Shown: positions 21,800 to 31,578 of the stretch, piece by piece | How the letters are laid out: each line of letters starts with the position of its first letter | Numbering within the stretch: the stretch's first letter is position 1 | NCBI GenBank assembly: GCA_965200315.1 | Contig: OZ241362.1 | Span: forward strand, 3,552,001 to 3,616,000 | Length of the DNA: 64,000 nucleotides | Direction: 5' to 3' | Source of the DNA: Candidatus Latescibacterota bacterium | GTDB taxonomy: Bacteria > Latescibacterota > UBA2968 > UBA8231 | Notes under the pieces: generated by a model | The model's input: the letters and a program-made list of their open reading frames with translations, nothing else | The model's database searches: none | Told to the model about the DNA's origin: nothing | Program-made: the position numbers and the translations under genes

Positions 21800-21847
21800 A
21801 AAAAAAGGCGCGAAGAGCACACTATCTGTGCTTCTCGCGCCTTTTTT
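21800..21847. terminator. bidirectional intrinsic terminator
   Basis: A7-GGCGCGAAGAGCAC...GTGCTTCTCGCGCC-T6 between convergent genes. Confidence 0.85.
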
Positions 21848-21862
21848 GTGCCGCAAGATAAG

Positions 21863-23263
21863 TTAATCCTCGTAGGAAATCCCAAAGAGAATCATCATCT
21901 CGTCTGTTGACAACAAACCAAAGTTGACCTCTTGGTCGGTCCAGTTGTCATAGGTTGTCTCTAACCTGAAGCCCTCGCCTTGCTCTAGGACGAGAGGGGG
22001 GTCAAGCCTCAGGATCGGCGGATGATCCCAGTCGTAAGCGGCGTAAATAAGCTCGCCATCGTGCGCTCCCCCGATCATTTCGACCCGGAATTCTACCATG
22101 AGTTGATGAGCGTGCGAGAGCAGCTGCACAATGTGGGTTCGCTCGGAGAAGATAAAATCCTTCTCTAAGGTGGTCACCTCCCCAGCCGGCAGGGAGATCG
22201 AAAAGTTATTCAAAGAAAAAAAACGCGCCTCGTGCTCGACTTCAGATGGGTCGGCAAAGTGCAAGTTGGAATAGACCTCACCGGTAATGGGCTGACTGGT
22301 GCTATTGACATAGTGCGAGTTGAGGTCGAGCAGTACGTTTTTGGGCAGTCGTATCGCCACGCCCGGCGGCAGGGAGAAATCGAAGAACGGCCATTGACTG
22401 CCGGCGATCGGCAGGTGGTAAAATTGCGTTAGTACGGTTGAGAGGACGTACTGGCCGGTGCCATCGTGCAACTCGCGATACTCATAGGGTTCTGGCATGC
22501 GTGCGGGGGGTATGTCGTCTTGGAACGTATAGAGCAGGAAGTGGTGCGAGCCGGACTTCATGGAGATCTGGACGCGCTCTAGGAATACATCGTCTTCGTT
22601 GTTCAGCGGATGCACGACAAATATCTCGCGCTCGGTGTTAGGCTGTATCTCGAAAGGCGGCAAGTGTAGTTGGACGCCGTTTTCCGGCTCGGCTAGCGGC
22701 TTGAACTCCGGCACCTCGTAGCGCGACTTGTCCTGCAAGAGATCGGGGTCGGCCACGTGGCCTGTCTCCGGTGCACCAGCCTCGATCCAAGCGCGGATAA
22801 AAGCCAACTCGCCGTTGGTCAGCGGCTTGTCCCCAAGGGGCATTATCGCCCCGTAGTAGGGGTGGTCGCCGTAGAAATGCTGCTGGTCGGGAGCATTGAT
22901 CTTCTCCCACAGATAGCTCTTGAGAAGGCCGGGCATGCCCTGCCCGAGGTCGCTGACCCGCAGCAGCCCGTCGGCCCGCGCCACCTCATTCGTCGGAGCG
23001 GCACCCACGAGCTGTTCGTAAGCCACGTCCGGGGTGAGCACGAGGCCCGCTTGACGTCCAAGCGAGGCCCCGGCCGCATGGCAGCTAACGCATTGGCCGG
23101 CGAAAATTTCCGTTTGGATAATATCCCAAGTCGAATCTGCCCCGTGCTCGGTCATTTGGACTGGCCCCGGGCCGTCGGAACTACAGCCGACGAAAAGCAA
23201 GCTTATGAGCAAGCAGCGGCGGATTGTGGGGCCTGTGAGTTCGATATATTCGGGTATTAGCAT
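21863..23263 (-). CDS. lipoprotein with c-type heme motif and type II copper (PHM/DBH-like) monooxygenase domain
   Basis: Lipobox FVGC; CVSCH; HHFLLY, HYVN, HAHQL and DEMM copper-ligand pattern. Confidence 0.75.
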   Translation of the reverse strand: MLIPEYIELTGPTIRRCLLISLLFVGCSSDGPGPVQMTEHGADSTWDIIQTEIFAGQCVSCHAAGASLGRQAGLVLTPDVAYEQLVGAAPTNEVARADGLLRVSDLGQGMPGLLKSYLWEKINAPDQQHFYGDHPYYGAIMPLGDKPLTNGELAFIRAWIEAGAPETGHVADPDLLQDKSRYEVPEFKPLAEPENGVQLHLPPFEIQPNTEREIFVVHPLNNEDDVFLERVQISMKSGSHHFLLYTFQDDIPPARMPEPYEYRELHDGTGQYVLSTVLTQFYHLPIAGSQWPFFDFSLPPGVAIRLPKNVLLDLNSHYVNSTSQPITGEVYSNLHFADPSEVEHEARFFSLNNFSISLPAGEVTTLEKDFIFSERTHIVQLLSHAHQLMVEFRVEMIGGAHDGELIYAAYDWDHPPILRLDPPLVLEQGEGFRLETTYDNWTDQEVNFGLLSTDEMMILFGISYED

Positions 23264-23294
23264 AAGAGCCTATGAGGTGGGTGGCGGGCCGAGT

Positions 23295-24137
23295 TCAAGT
23301 GCCGGCTTGGTCGAGCAGGCCGGCCAAGTTTTGGCCCAATATCAGGTGCTTGTGCTCGTCTGGTATGAACGTGCAGTGGGTGCGGAATGCTTCGAGCGCG
23401 TGCTGGTAGGTCATGTTGAAGCGCACCACCGGATAGTCCGAGCCCCAGCACAGCCGCTGGGGGCCGAAGTGTTCGTAGAGCTGGCGTACGATATGGTGCG
23501 TATCTGAGTAGGGATAATCCCACGAGACGTGCGAAGCGTAGTGAAAGCCCGAGAGCTTGATGTAGATGTTGGGCACCTCGGCCGAGCGCAGAACCTCCTG
23601 TAGGTTGGGGTGCGGTGCTTCCTCGCGTGCGTTGGCTCCGGCCAGGTGGTGGCAGAGAAAGGTCACCGACGGAAAGCGTTGCGCCAACTCGCGCAGCGCC
23701 GGCTGCCACGGCGGACCCAAGGCTAGGCTGGCGATCAGGTTTAGATCGGCTGTGGCGCTGAAAAACGCGAGCCCTTCCTCGGACGCGAACCACTCGGTGT
23801 CGCCTTTTACGTAGTGAGTATAGCCCTTGAGCTGGTACTTTGCCGCGGCCGCTTTGAGCCGCTCGGCCGCGCCCGGGGTGTGGTATTCTTCCGACCACGA
23901 GCAATCCACGTCGGCGAATTGCACCAACCGGTTTGGATAGGTGCGGACTTGTTCGGCGACGTAGTCGTTGTTGTGGGGATTGTGCTCGATGCGAGCGCAG
24001 ACCAGCACGGCCTTATCGACGCCGTTGCGGTCCATTTCCCACAGCAGTTGCTCGACCCGGCCGCGGCTGTTGTGATCGGGCACGGGCGGCTCGTAGGGCC
24101 AGTATGCCCAAGCGTGGGTATGTGAGTCGATTATCAT
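23295..24137 (-). CDS. amidohydrolase_2 family protein
   Basis: IIDSHTH, HLAG, KLSG, WGSDYP. Confidence 0.88.
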   Translation of the reverse strand: MIIDSHTHAWAYWPYEPPVPDHNSRGRVEQLLWEMDRNGVDKAVLVCARIEHNPHNNDYVAEQVRTYPNRLVQFADVDCSWSEEYHTPGAAERLKAAAAKYQLKGYTHYVKGDTEWFASEEGLAFFSATADLNLIASLALGPPWQPALRELAQRFPSVTFLCHHLAGANAREEAPHPNLQEVLRSAEVPNIYIKLSGFHYASHVSWDYPYSDTHHIVRQLYEHFGPQRLCWGSDYPVVRFNMTYQHALEAFRTHCTFIPDEHKHLILGQNLAGLLDQAGT

Positions 24138-24309
24138 AGAAAAACTCCTTTGGTGCCTGCTGCAATCAGGACAAACGCAATCCTCGGTTTTGTTCTGCGG
24201 ATGAGAGCCGGCTAAGACAGCCTCTTAGTTGCGTTGCGCGAGCTAAACAATGCGACGATTTTGGAAAGATACCCAGCGAGCACACCTTTAACAAGCGCAC
24301 GTCTGCACC

Positions 24310-25161
24310 ATGCTCGAACACACCTTTTGTCACATTCCCGGCATCGGCTCCCGCACCGAATGCTTCCTTTGGTCCGCTGGCTGGCACACTTGGACAGATG
24401 TTACTCGCCGGCCAGACCTGCCGATCTCCCGTGAGAAACGAGCCGCGCTCCAATTCCACATCCGCGAATCCACGGCTCAGCTCCGGGCCGGCAATGCCGA
24501 GTACTTCTACGGGCTTCTGCCCACCGACCAGTACTGGCGGCTGTTTCCCGCCTTCCGCGATCAAGTGGCGTATTTCGACATTGAAACTACGGGCTTGGGC
24601 GGCCCGGACGACTACATCACCACCATTGCCCTCTACGACGGCCGCGAACTACGGACTTACGTGCAGGGTCGTAACTTGGGTGATTTTGTACGCGACATTG
24701 CTGCATATCGCTTACTGGTCACCTACAACGGCAAGGCCTTTGACGCGCCCTTTGTGCGCCGCTATTTGGGCATTCCTCTCGACCAACCCCACATCGACCT
24801 GCGCTACGTCTTGGAGAAGCTGGGCTATCGCGGAGGGCTTAAAAGTTGCGAGCGGCAGTTAGGGCTATCGCGGCAAGGTCTCGAAGAAGTCGATGGTTTT
24901 TTTGCCGTGCTGCTCTGGCGCGATTACCTGCGCGGCAATGCCAACGCGCTCAGCACCTTGCTGGCGTACAATGCTCTCGACGCGATCAACCTCGAAACCT
25001 TGATGGTCGTGGCGTACAATTTGCAGATAGCCAAGCTACCCCTCGAGCGGATCAGCGGCCTGCCCCTACCCACCCCGCAGGCCCTGCCCTTTGCCGTCGA
25101 TCAGCTCACCGTGCGCCGGCTCAAGGCCGCGCTCGGCAAGGGCTGGCTTGGCCGGGGTTGA
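24310..25161 (+). CDS. YprB-like RNase H-like exonuclease domain protein
   Basis: FCHIPGIG, FDIETTGL, TYNGKAFD, GGLKSCE, YN..D. Confidence 0.85.
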   Translation: MLEHTFCHIPGIGSRTECFLWSAGWHTWTDVTRRPDLPISREKRAALQFHIRESTAQLRAGNAEYFYGLLPTDQYWRLFPAFRDQVAYFDIETTGLGGPDDYITTIALYDGRELRTYVQGRNLGDFVRDIAAYRLLVTYNGKAFDAPFVRRYLGIPLDQPHIDLRYVLEKLGYRGGLKSCERQLGLSRQGLEEVDGFFAVLLWRDYLRGNANALSTLLAYNALDAINLETLMVVAYNLQIAKLPLERISGLPLPTPQALPFAVDQLTVRRLKAALGKGWLGRG

Positions 25162-25665
25162 CCACTTTTGCAGCCCTTTGCCAGCCGGTATGTTTTGCGT
25201 ACAGCGGTGCGGATTTGCGCTGGTGAATGGGGCGGGTGAGGTTGATGCCAAAGGTGCGTGATTGCATCTAAAATTTGAAGAACAGCGTCCCCATCATCGA
25301 CAGCCAAGTGGTGATCGCGGGTGGTCAGCTCGGCAGCGGGTTGGGGGGTGGATATAGTGAGCGTCCTTTGGTTAGTAGGGAGCAAAGATAAGCGGCGGGA
25401 TGGCTCATGCAAAATGCGGGCCAATCGCTTCAAGCCGCTTGCACTCTGAACGATGGCGCGTTGCAAGGCGACGCAGTGTAGCTTAGGAGAAACAGTCGTG
25501 TTGCAATGGCGCGACGGCTTGTGAGCTATCGCAAGCGGACGCCATCGGCGTCGAAATGCCCCAGCATGAGTGGGTTGTATTTCCCCGTGCTTGACTACGG
25601 CCATGGTGCCAGCGCACTGCCGGCGTTTTGTTTTTCACCGTTGAGGTTAGCTCTGACGAGCGCAT

Positions 25666-25698
25666 AAAAAAACGCGGAGCAGACAGGCTGCTCCGCGT
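25666..25698 (-). terminator. intrinsic terminator after Spy-like gene
   Basis: 11-bp stem ACGCGGAGCAG/CTGCTCCGCGT followed by a T-run on the minus strand. Confidence 0.8.
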
Positions 25699-25723
25699 CG
25701 TAAAGGAAAATGGGAATTGGTGA

Positions 25724-26302
25724 TTACCGCTTGCCACGCCCGCGTTTGCCGCCGTAAAACGCCTCGTCCTTCATTTCTTTGAGCTTTTCGCGCTGCTCAT
25801 CGGTCAAGACGTTTTCCAAGGCCGTGCGGTGCTTTTGACGCGTTTCGCGTATTTCTGTGCGGTGCTCCTTGCGCAATCCTTTGAGCTGTTCCTTTTGCTC
25901 GTCGGTCAGGTACAGCCTTGAGAACGCACCCTCGCCGCCGCGCCGCATGTCGGACCGATCCTTGTCCCCCCAGCCGCGCCGGCCAAAAAATTTGCCGCGC
26001 TTGGCGCGCATTTCTTTGAGGGTCTCCTGCTGATCGTCGGTCAAAATGTTCATTACGGCCTCGCGCTGCTCCTTGCCTAGGGCGGCCATGGCCTCGCGCT
26101 GCTCGCGCAGGGCTTCGCGCTGCTTTTCGCGCAACGCCTGCAAGTGCTCCTTTTGCTCGTCGGTCAGGTCGAGATGCTCCAGCATCCTCAGCATGGGCTG
26201 CCTGTGCTCCCGCATCTTTTCCCCGTGCTCGGCTATGGCCACGGTGGCAAGCGCGCCGAGGGACAGGGCGATACCGGCTGAGATGATCCATTTCTTTTTC
26301 AT
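25724..26302 (-). CDS. Spy/CpxP family periplasmic chaperone
   Basis: Signal peptide and four LTDEQ/LTDDQ (LTXXQ) motifs. Confidence 0.85.
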   Translation of the reverse strand: MKKKWIISAGIALSLGALATVAIAEHGEKMREHRQPMLRMLEHLDLTDEQKEHLQALREKQREALREQREAMAALGKEQREAVMNILTDDQQETLKEMRAKRGKFFGRRGWGDKDRSDMRRGGEGAFSRLYLTDEQKEQLKGLRKEHRTEIRETRQKHRTALENVLTDEQREKLKEMKDEAFYGGKRGRGKR

Positions 26303-26394
26303 AGTACTTTCTCCGCGTTAGGCGTTAGTAGTTGGGTTTGCCGCCCTTAGTCGACGGCTCGTGAGAAACGGCCATTTCTCTTCTCTACGCCCTA

Positions 26395-26423
26395 TTAGAC
26401 CACTGATTGCTGCTATTTATTCC
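26395..26423 (-). promoter_or_regulatory. ECF sigma promoter GGAATA-N17-GTCTAA upstream of Spy-like gene
   Basis: Same architecture as the motif at 27805-27833. Confidence 0.7.
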
Positions 26424-26823
26424 TAGGCGTTTTCGTTTTTTTGTGCCGCGGCCGCTCGCGCCAAGGTCCCATTAGCTCCCCGAAGCGCCGCTGCCGCCGA
26501 TCCAGCCGCCGCAGTTGCGCCTCAGACAACAGGGGGGCCAGCTCGGCCCGCGTCGCATCTAGCTGTTCCTTTAGTGCCTCTCGGTGCTTGGTATTGAGTT
26601 CGCGGAGCGCGGTGGCATAGTGCCGCAGCACGGCCCGCACGGCTTGGCGCTGCTCTTCGTTCTGCGGAGCAATCAACCGCTCGGTGCTGCGGACGAAGTG
26701 CCGGGGATGCGGAATGGGCCGCAGGCGGTCGCGGACGAACCACCCGGAGAGCAGGGCCCCGATCAGCACGCCGATGAGCAGGGTGCTAAAGAGAATGAGT
26801 GCGCCTTTGGTTTTCCCTCGCAT
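26413..26823 (-). CDS. membrane-anchored helical periplasmic protein (ECF cluster accessory)
   Basis: N-terminal TM, LSEAQ helix motif; adjacent to the anti-sigma gene. Confidence 0.7.
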   Translation of the reverse strand: MRGKTKGALILFSTLLIGVLIGALLSGWFVRDRLRPIPHPRHFVRSTERLIAPQNEEQRQAVRAVLRHYATALRELNTKHREALKEQLDATRAELAPLLSEAQLRRLDRRQRRFGELMGPWRERPRHKKTKTPRNK

Positions 26824-26824
26824 G

Positions 26825-27241
26825 TCACATGTCCAAGTCCAGTACGTACGCCGCTTCGGGCGTGGCGGGTACGGCGGCGAAAATCGCGGCGAGGAACGAG
26901 GCGTCGTCGCCGAGGAGCTCGCGCTCGTTCCAGTTGCTCAGTGCCAAGAAGGCGACCACTGCTATAGCGACCGGGGCGAGGGGGCGAAAGAGCCACACGA
27001 GGGCGTCGGTTAGGCTTTCTTCGCGTACGCTTTTGATGCGCTGCGCGACGCGTGCGGCAAAAAACGGGCGGAACGAGTGGGCGCGGCTTGCCTGCAAAAG
27101 GCCGCTGACTTTTTGCAGGTGCTCCCATTCGGTGCGCAGCGCGTCGTTAGTAGCTAGGGTGCGCTCGAATGCCGCACGCTCGCTCGCGCTCAATTCGCCG
27201 CTCAGTGCCCTTAGCATTGTGCTGCGATAGCTGTCAGTCAT
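26825..27241 (-). CDS. putative anti-sigma factor
   Basis: GELSASERAAFE N-terminus, single TM, directly after ECF sigma. Confidence 0.75.
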   Translation of the reverse strand: MTDSYRSTMLRALSGELSASERAAFERTLATNDALRTEWEHLQKVSGLLQASRAHSFRPFFAARVAQRIKSVREESLTDALVWLFRPLAPVAIAVVAFLALSNWNERELLGDDASFLAAIFAAVPATPEAAYVLDLDM

Positions 27242-27800
27242 ACAGGTCCTCGGCTTTGAGAATGGTCGCTAGTTGTTTCATGCCGCGCGCGAGCCGCGAG
27301 AGCACTGTGCCCTCGGCGATCTCCAACAGCGCCGCCGTCTCCTTCGTCGAATAGCCCTCAATCATTCGCAGTACCACCACCGCCCGGAAAGCTGGCTTGA
27401 GCTGGTTGAGGGCCGCTTGTACCGCTTGTTCGCGGACGTGTGCGGCCTGTTCGTCGCGGCCATCGACGCTCGGCTCGGGTGGGGCCTGTTCGTGGTCGCG
27501 GCTCCAGAAGCGCCAGCGCTGCTGCTTGCGGCGCTCTAGCGCGTTGAGCGAAAGGTTGATGGCAATGCGCGTCAAATAGGTGCCCAGCGCTGCGTCGCCG
27601 CGGAACTTGTCCAGCGATTGATAGAAGCGGACAAAGGTCTCCTGCCCCACATCGTCGGCTTCGTCGCCCGGCCCCAACATGCCCACGACTGTGGCCGCTA
27701 CTTGAGACTCATAGCGCTCGATTAGGGTGCGCAAGGCCGCTTCGTCGCCCGTACGCGCTTGGTCGATCAGGGCGCGGTCTGTGCCCACTTGCTCCGACAT
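27234..27800 (-). CDS. ECF RNA polymerase sigma-70 factor
   Basis: ADDVGQETF, FRGDAALGTYL.RIAIN, GTVLSRL; start placed at 27800 because the upstream ATG lies inside the promoter motif. Confidence 0.9.
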   Translation of the reverse strand: MSEQVGTDRALIDQARTGDEAALRTLIERYESQVAATVVGMLGPGDEADDVGQETFVRFYQSLDKFRGDAALGTYLTRIAINLSLNALERRKQQRWRFWSRDHEQAPPEPSVDGRDEQAAHVREQAVQAALNQLKPAFRAVVVLRMIEGYSTKETAALLEIAEGTVLSRLARGMKQLATILKAEDLYD

Positions 27801-27804
27801 ATTG

Positions 27805-27833
27805 TTAGACAATGTAGGGGCCAAAGTCATTCC
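27805..27833 (-). promoter_or_regulatory. ECF sigma autoregulatory promoter GGAATG-N17-GTCTAA
   Basis: Matches 26395-26423; -10 element lies 4 nt from the ATG. Confidence 0.7.
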
Positions 27834-27972
27834 CGGTCTAATAAAAGGGACCTATCCCCCCGGCCCCCCTTCCGACCGGGGAATAGGGAGTAGATTTTTT
27901 TGACCAGATATATCTTGCACCTTAAATCGCAGGGAGGGTTAAGATGAAACAGTATGGGAGCACCGCAACAAA

Positions 27973-28243
27973 TATAGCAATCCTATGTCATACGATAGAG
28001 CGGGCGGTCGTCTTGCCCGCTGGTGGGTCTAGAACGCACACACCAAGGAGGTGCCGGGGTGGATGCGTGTGCCATCCTTCACACCCGGCTAGTCCTGTAG
28101 GATGGCTATGGCGGATATGAGAAGGGGTCTTAACACGCCCGTCGGTCGGCTTGGCGGGTCGGTCGGGTAGCCTAAGTGTGCGGCGTATTTCGAGGGCAGG
28201 ATGCCTTTGGGCCCGGGGGTTTTGCGCCGGGCGAGCGACCGAA
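27973..28243. mobile_element. two abutting MITE-like elements (A: 27973-28110 with inverted ends; B: 28106-28243, inverted copy of the 28795/42016 element)
   Basis: TATAGCAATCCTA...TAGGATGGCTATG; the following sequence is the reverse complement of the 28826-28957 and 42062-42198 repeats. Confidence 0.65.
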
Positions 28244-28794
28244 ATAATTCACACCAAACGTTTAAGCCTGTGGCGCGTCAAACCTCGCTCCATGATTGGG
28301 GTGGGGGTCAGCCTAATCGCGTCGGGTTCTACATAGCCTTACGCAAGATGGCAAGAGCAACACAAAGATCGTTTCTCCATCGCTGACGGTCATTCAAATC
28401 TATCGACCGGCCGAATTGGCCCCGTTGTCTTACCAGAGGGCATCTGCAAGAATTCAGCGCGTAACAAAAGATGCCGCAACTAAAAGCAGAGAGTGGAATG
28501 CTGAGGGAGAAATAGGGATAGGCCTTATTTGGAGGCCGCCCAAAAAGAATATCAGCCTATCCCTGCAACGAGGGGCCTATTTCCGGTATAGGAAAATTCT
28601 TCAAGTCTGAGGTTCCCAGAACCACCACACGAAGAAAGGGAGAGCAGTTTTTGGGCATCACAAGTCGTCAAGCTAACCCGCCTACTGGTCTCCTTCAGCT
28701 TTTGAGGGCCCATCTCATAGCCTTCGGGCGTGGCCCAGGTGGGTAGCGTCGGTTGCGGTCCAACTCTATCCACTGCGTGGACAGCCAATAGAGA

Positions 28795-28998
28795 TATAGC
28801 AATCCGACACGAGGGGCGCATACGGTTCGGTCGAGCCCCCGGCGCAACCCGGCCGGGATCGAGGGCATCCTGCCCTCGAAATACGCCGCACGTTCAGGCT
28901 ACTCGACCGCCCAGCGGCCCGACGGGCGCGTTAAGAGTGCTTCTGATAGCCGCTATAGCACATCCGACACTACGGGCGCGGCGTACAGGAGCGCACAC
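28795..28998 (+). mobile_element. MITE-like element B plus start of a second tandem copy
   Basis: TATAGCAATCCGACAC...GAGGGCATCCTGCCCTCG...GCTATA, then TATAGCACATCCGACAC; homologous to 42016-42198. Confidence 0.7.
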
Positions 28999-29100
28999 GC
29001 ATCCACACGGTTCCGCCTGTGCATGGTCGTGCGACGGAAAGTGCGTAATCGTACAGCGAGCGGGCAACAAGGTGCGCTTCTCTGTTGGGAAGGAGGGCGC

Positions 29101-30456
29101 ATGATGCAATACTCAACAGGTGTTCAGTTCGATCAGCAGCGGCTCGTCGAGTCGTGCGACAAGTTGGAAGCCGACCGCGATGGCGACAAGGCGAGAGCCA
29201 ATTGTCCGATCTGTGGCGGCAAGAGCAAGACGAAGCTGGCCCTTGAGATACGAAACGGCAAGGGGCTGGTCCCATCACCGGCACTTCGGCGCATCGCAAC
29301 GGCAAACCGCCGCGGCAAAAGCGCAAGCCACACAAGATCAACGAGCTGGTCGTTGAGTATCGCCATCATTTGGACTCAGAAGTATTTCGCCGGACGCACA
29401 GGCTGGATTTTTCCGACGGTACTAAGCGCGTGTGGTCATCGCCCAAAGGCGTCAAGACCAAAGGATTGCTGCCTTTGTACTGGCGAGGGGGACAACCATC
29501 GCCGGAGCCGCCGGCGGACAGTGTGCTGCGAATCATGTGCGAGGGCGAGAAGGCCGCTCAAGCCATCAGCCGACATTATCCGAGGGCCGTAGGCGTGTCG
29601 TATGCCGGGGCAGCAAGGCCGCCAGCGCGTGGCATATCCAGAAGGAAGCGTGGTCGAGGGCCAAGGCCATCGTATGGGCAGACCGCGACCGCGAAGGCGC
29701 GAACGCAGCATGGGAGATTGTAGAGCGGCTGGAAGCGATAGGCTGCGAGGTCACCTACGTGCCGGCCGGCGCGGACAGGAACGATGCAGTGGACTTGTCC
29801 GAGCGTCAGGCGCAGCAGACGGTCAAGGCCATCCTTAAGCGCGATCCGCAGCCGTTTGGTAAGACCGCGCTCGAAGGCGAGTATAGCCAGAAGCTCAAGG
29901 ATGCGATCAAGGCGATGCACAGCGAGGAACTGAGGAAGAACGGCAGGACGCACGAGTACGAGGTATTGCGCGGCCAAAAGTGGCAAGAACCCGAGCCCGA
30001 GTGGATGGCCGTACGCATCGAGGAGATGGGAAGCCGGTTCGCATACTGGGGGAAGCGGTCGCACACGGACAAGAAAGAGCGGTGGTTGTCGTTCCGGCCG
30101 CACACAGAGCGATTTGAAATGGCCCTGCAGGCTGCCGTGATGACGTGTTGACATGGATGCAATCGCTTGTATGGGACGGAACAAAGCGCATAGAATCGGT
30201 CCTCTCTGATTTCTTCGGGTTCGAGGGCGCGGACGAGGAACTGTCCAACGCCGCGGCGATGCTGGCCGAGCGCAAGGCAACCGGGACGCTGATTGAGCTG
30301 GGCGCAATCGCCCAACAGGTCGAGTATGGAGAGAATCAGTTCCGCGGTGGCCAGTCCGAGCGCATACGGTTCGCCGCCGCGCTACAACGCGAGGGGTTCG
30401 CCAAGAAGAAAATCCAGACAGACGAAGGCCGTCGGTGGGTCTGGAAACGAAGGTAA
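29101..30456 (+). pseudogene. fragmented phage/satellite-type primase (Zn finger, TOPRIM, VapE-like)
   Basis: CPICGG; CEGEKAA and W.D.D..G TOPRIM motifs; W..SL.WDG VapE-like motif; pieces in different frames, ATPase core absent. Confidence 0.7.
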
Positions 30457-30575
30457 GTGCCCAATGTTTTATTAGCAGAAAGAGAGAGGAGAACACGAGT
30501 TGAATTCTTCTCTCTTTCTACTGCCCTAGAAGATTGGACGAGATTGGACACATTGGACAGGAGAGGCGGTTTTGA

Positions 30576-30818
30576 GTGCTCGAAATGCATTATAGAGAGG
30601 ATTTTCGCTCAATCTCGCCTCTATACGCATTTCATGGCATATTAGCAGAGATCAGTGACCGCGTGTCCAAGCTAGAAGGCGCATACAAGCACTTAGCTAC
30701 AAAAGCCGATATTGCCAACCTCAAAGGCGAGATTGCAAGCCAAGCCAACAAGACCATTATCTTTATTGTCACTGCGATAGGTGCGGCTGCGGCAGCCTTA
30801 AAGCACCTACCCGGATAG
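30576..30818 (+). CDS. small DUF1640/XhlA-like coiled-coil plus TM protein (start uncertain)
   Basis: LEGAYKHLATKADIANLK followed by a hydrophobic C-terminus. Confidence 0.55.
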   Translation: MLEMHYREDFRSISPLYAFHGILAEISDRVSKLEGAYKHLATKADIANLKGEIASQANKTIIFIVTAIGAAAAALKHLPG

Positions 30819-30839
30819 ACCGGATCGGGCGTCCTTGGT

Positions 30840-31557
30840 GTGCGCAGGGGTGAGTTTTCGCATCTTGGGAAGGTGTGCCGGTTGGCTGCTCGGATACCAA
30901 CGATAATGTTCGTTACGACTCATTCGGATGTGCTTGTTGACGCACTGACCGACAAGCCGGAGAGCATTGTGGTCTGCGAAAAGCACACTGGACAGACCTC
31001 GATGCGACGGCTCGACAAGGACGAGTTGGCAAAATGGCTGGAAGAATACAGTCTCGGCGATCTTTGGACTTCGGGCCGATTGGGCGGCAATCGATGGTAA
31101 CTGCCGAGCTTTATATCGAGGGCGGTGGCGACACTCGAAGGCTCTTCGCGTGCGTTTCCGTCAGGGCTGGTACGCATTTTTCAAGTCCGCTGGACTCGGT
31201 GGATTGTACCAAGTGGTGGACGCCAACAGACCTTCAAGTGCTTTGCTATCGCTGTCTCAGAGGCCAGTCCCGGCATCATACCGCCCCTCCTCGTGGACAG
31301 CGAGGCTCCCGTTGCAGCGGGGCAATCGATCTGGCAGCAGACGACCAAGCTTTTCTGATGGTGCAGATCAGGAAGACATCCCCAAGGAGACGGTCCTCAA
31401 CGCGCTCGAACGAGCCACTGCCAATTGCGCTAAACGCCGCTATGCCAAGGGCAAGGTTTCGTTTGAGTTGGTGGCGCAGGTTGACCCCACCCTCATCGAA
31501 GCCGCCTGTCCGCACGCCAAGGCGCTTCTACAGCGATTGAGGACGCTAATGAGTTGA
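30840..31557 (+). pseudogene. remnant of AAA_21 ATPase C-terminus plus frameshifted DUF4276-like gene
   Basis: TTHSDVLVDAL...LGDLWTSGRLGGNRW overlapping MVTAELYIEGGGD; later YAKGKVSFEL...CPHAK in another frame. Confidence 0.7.
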
Positions 31558-31578
31558 TTGTGGTCGCGCACCCGCCCG

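Noticed and set aside
25101-25604. 167-aa minus-strand ORF downstream of the Spy terminator
   Set aside because: No recognisable motif, overlaps the exonuclease gene end and lies past a terminator; cannot be supported as a gene
27851-27900. CCTATCCCCCCGGCCCCCCTTCCGACCGGGGAATAGGG hairpin with T-run
   Set aside because: Could be a dispersed repeat or terminator, but it is single-copy here with no gene ending upstream
29576-30496. 306-aa minus-strand ORF over the primase relic
   Set aside because: No motifs; the plus-strand fragments carry the recognisable TOPRIM/VapE signatures
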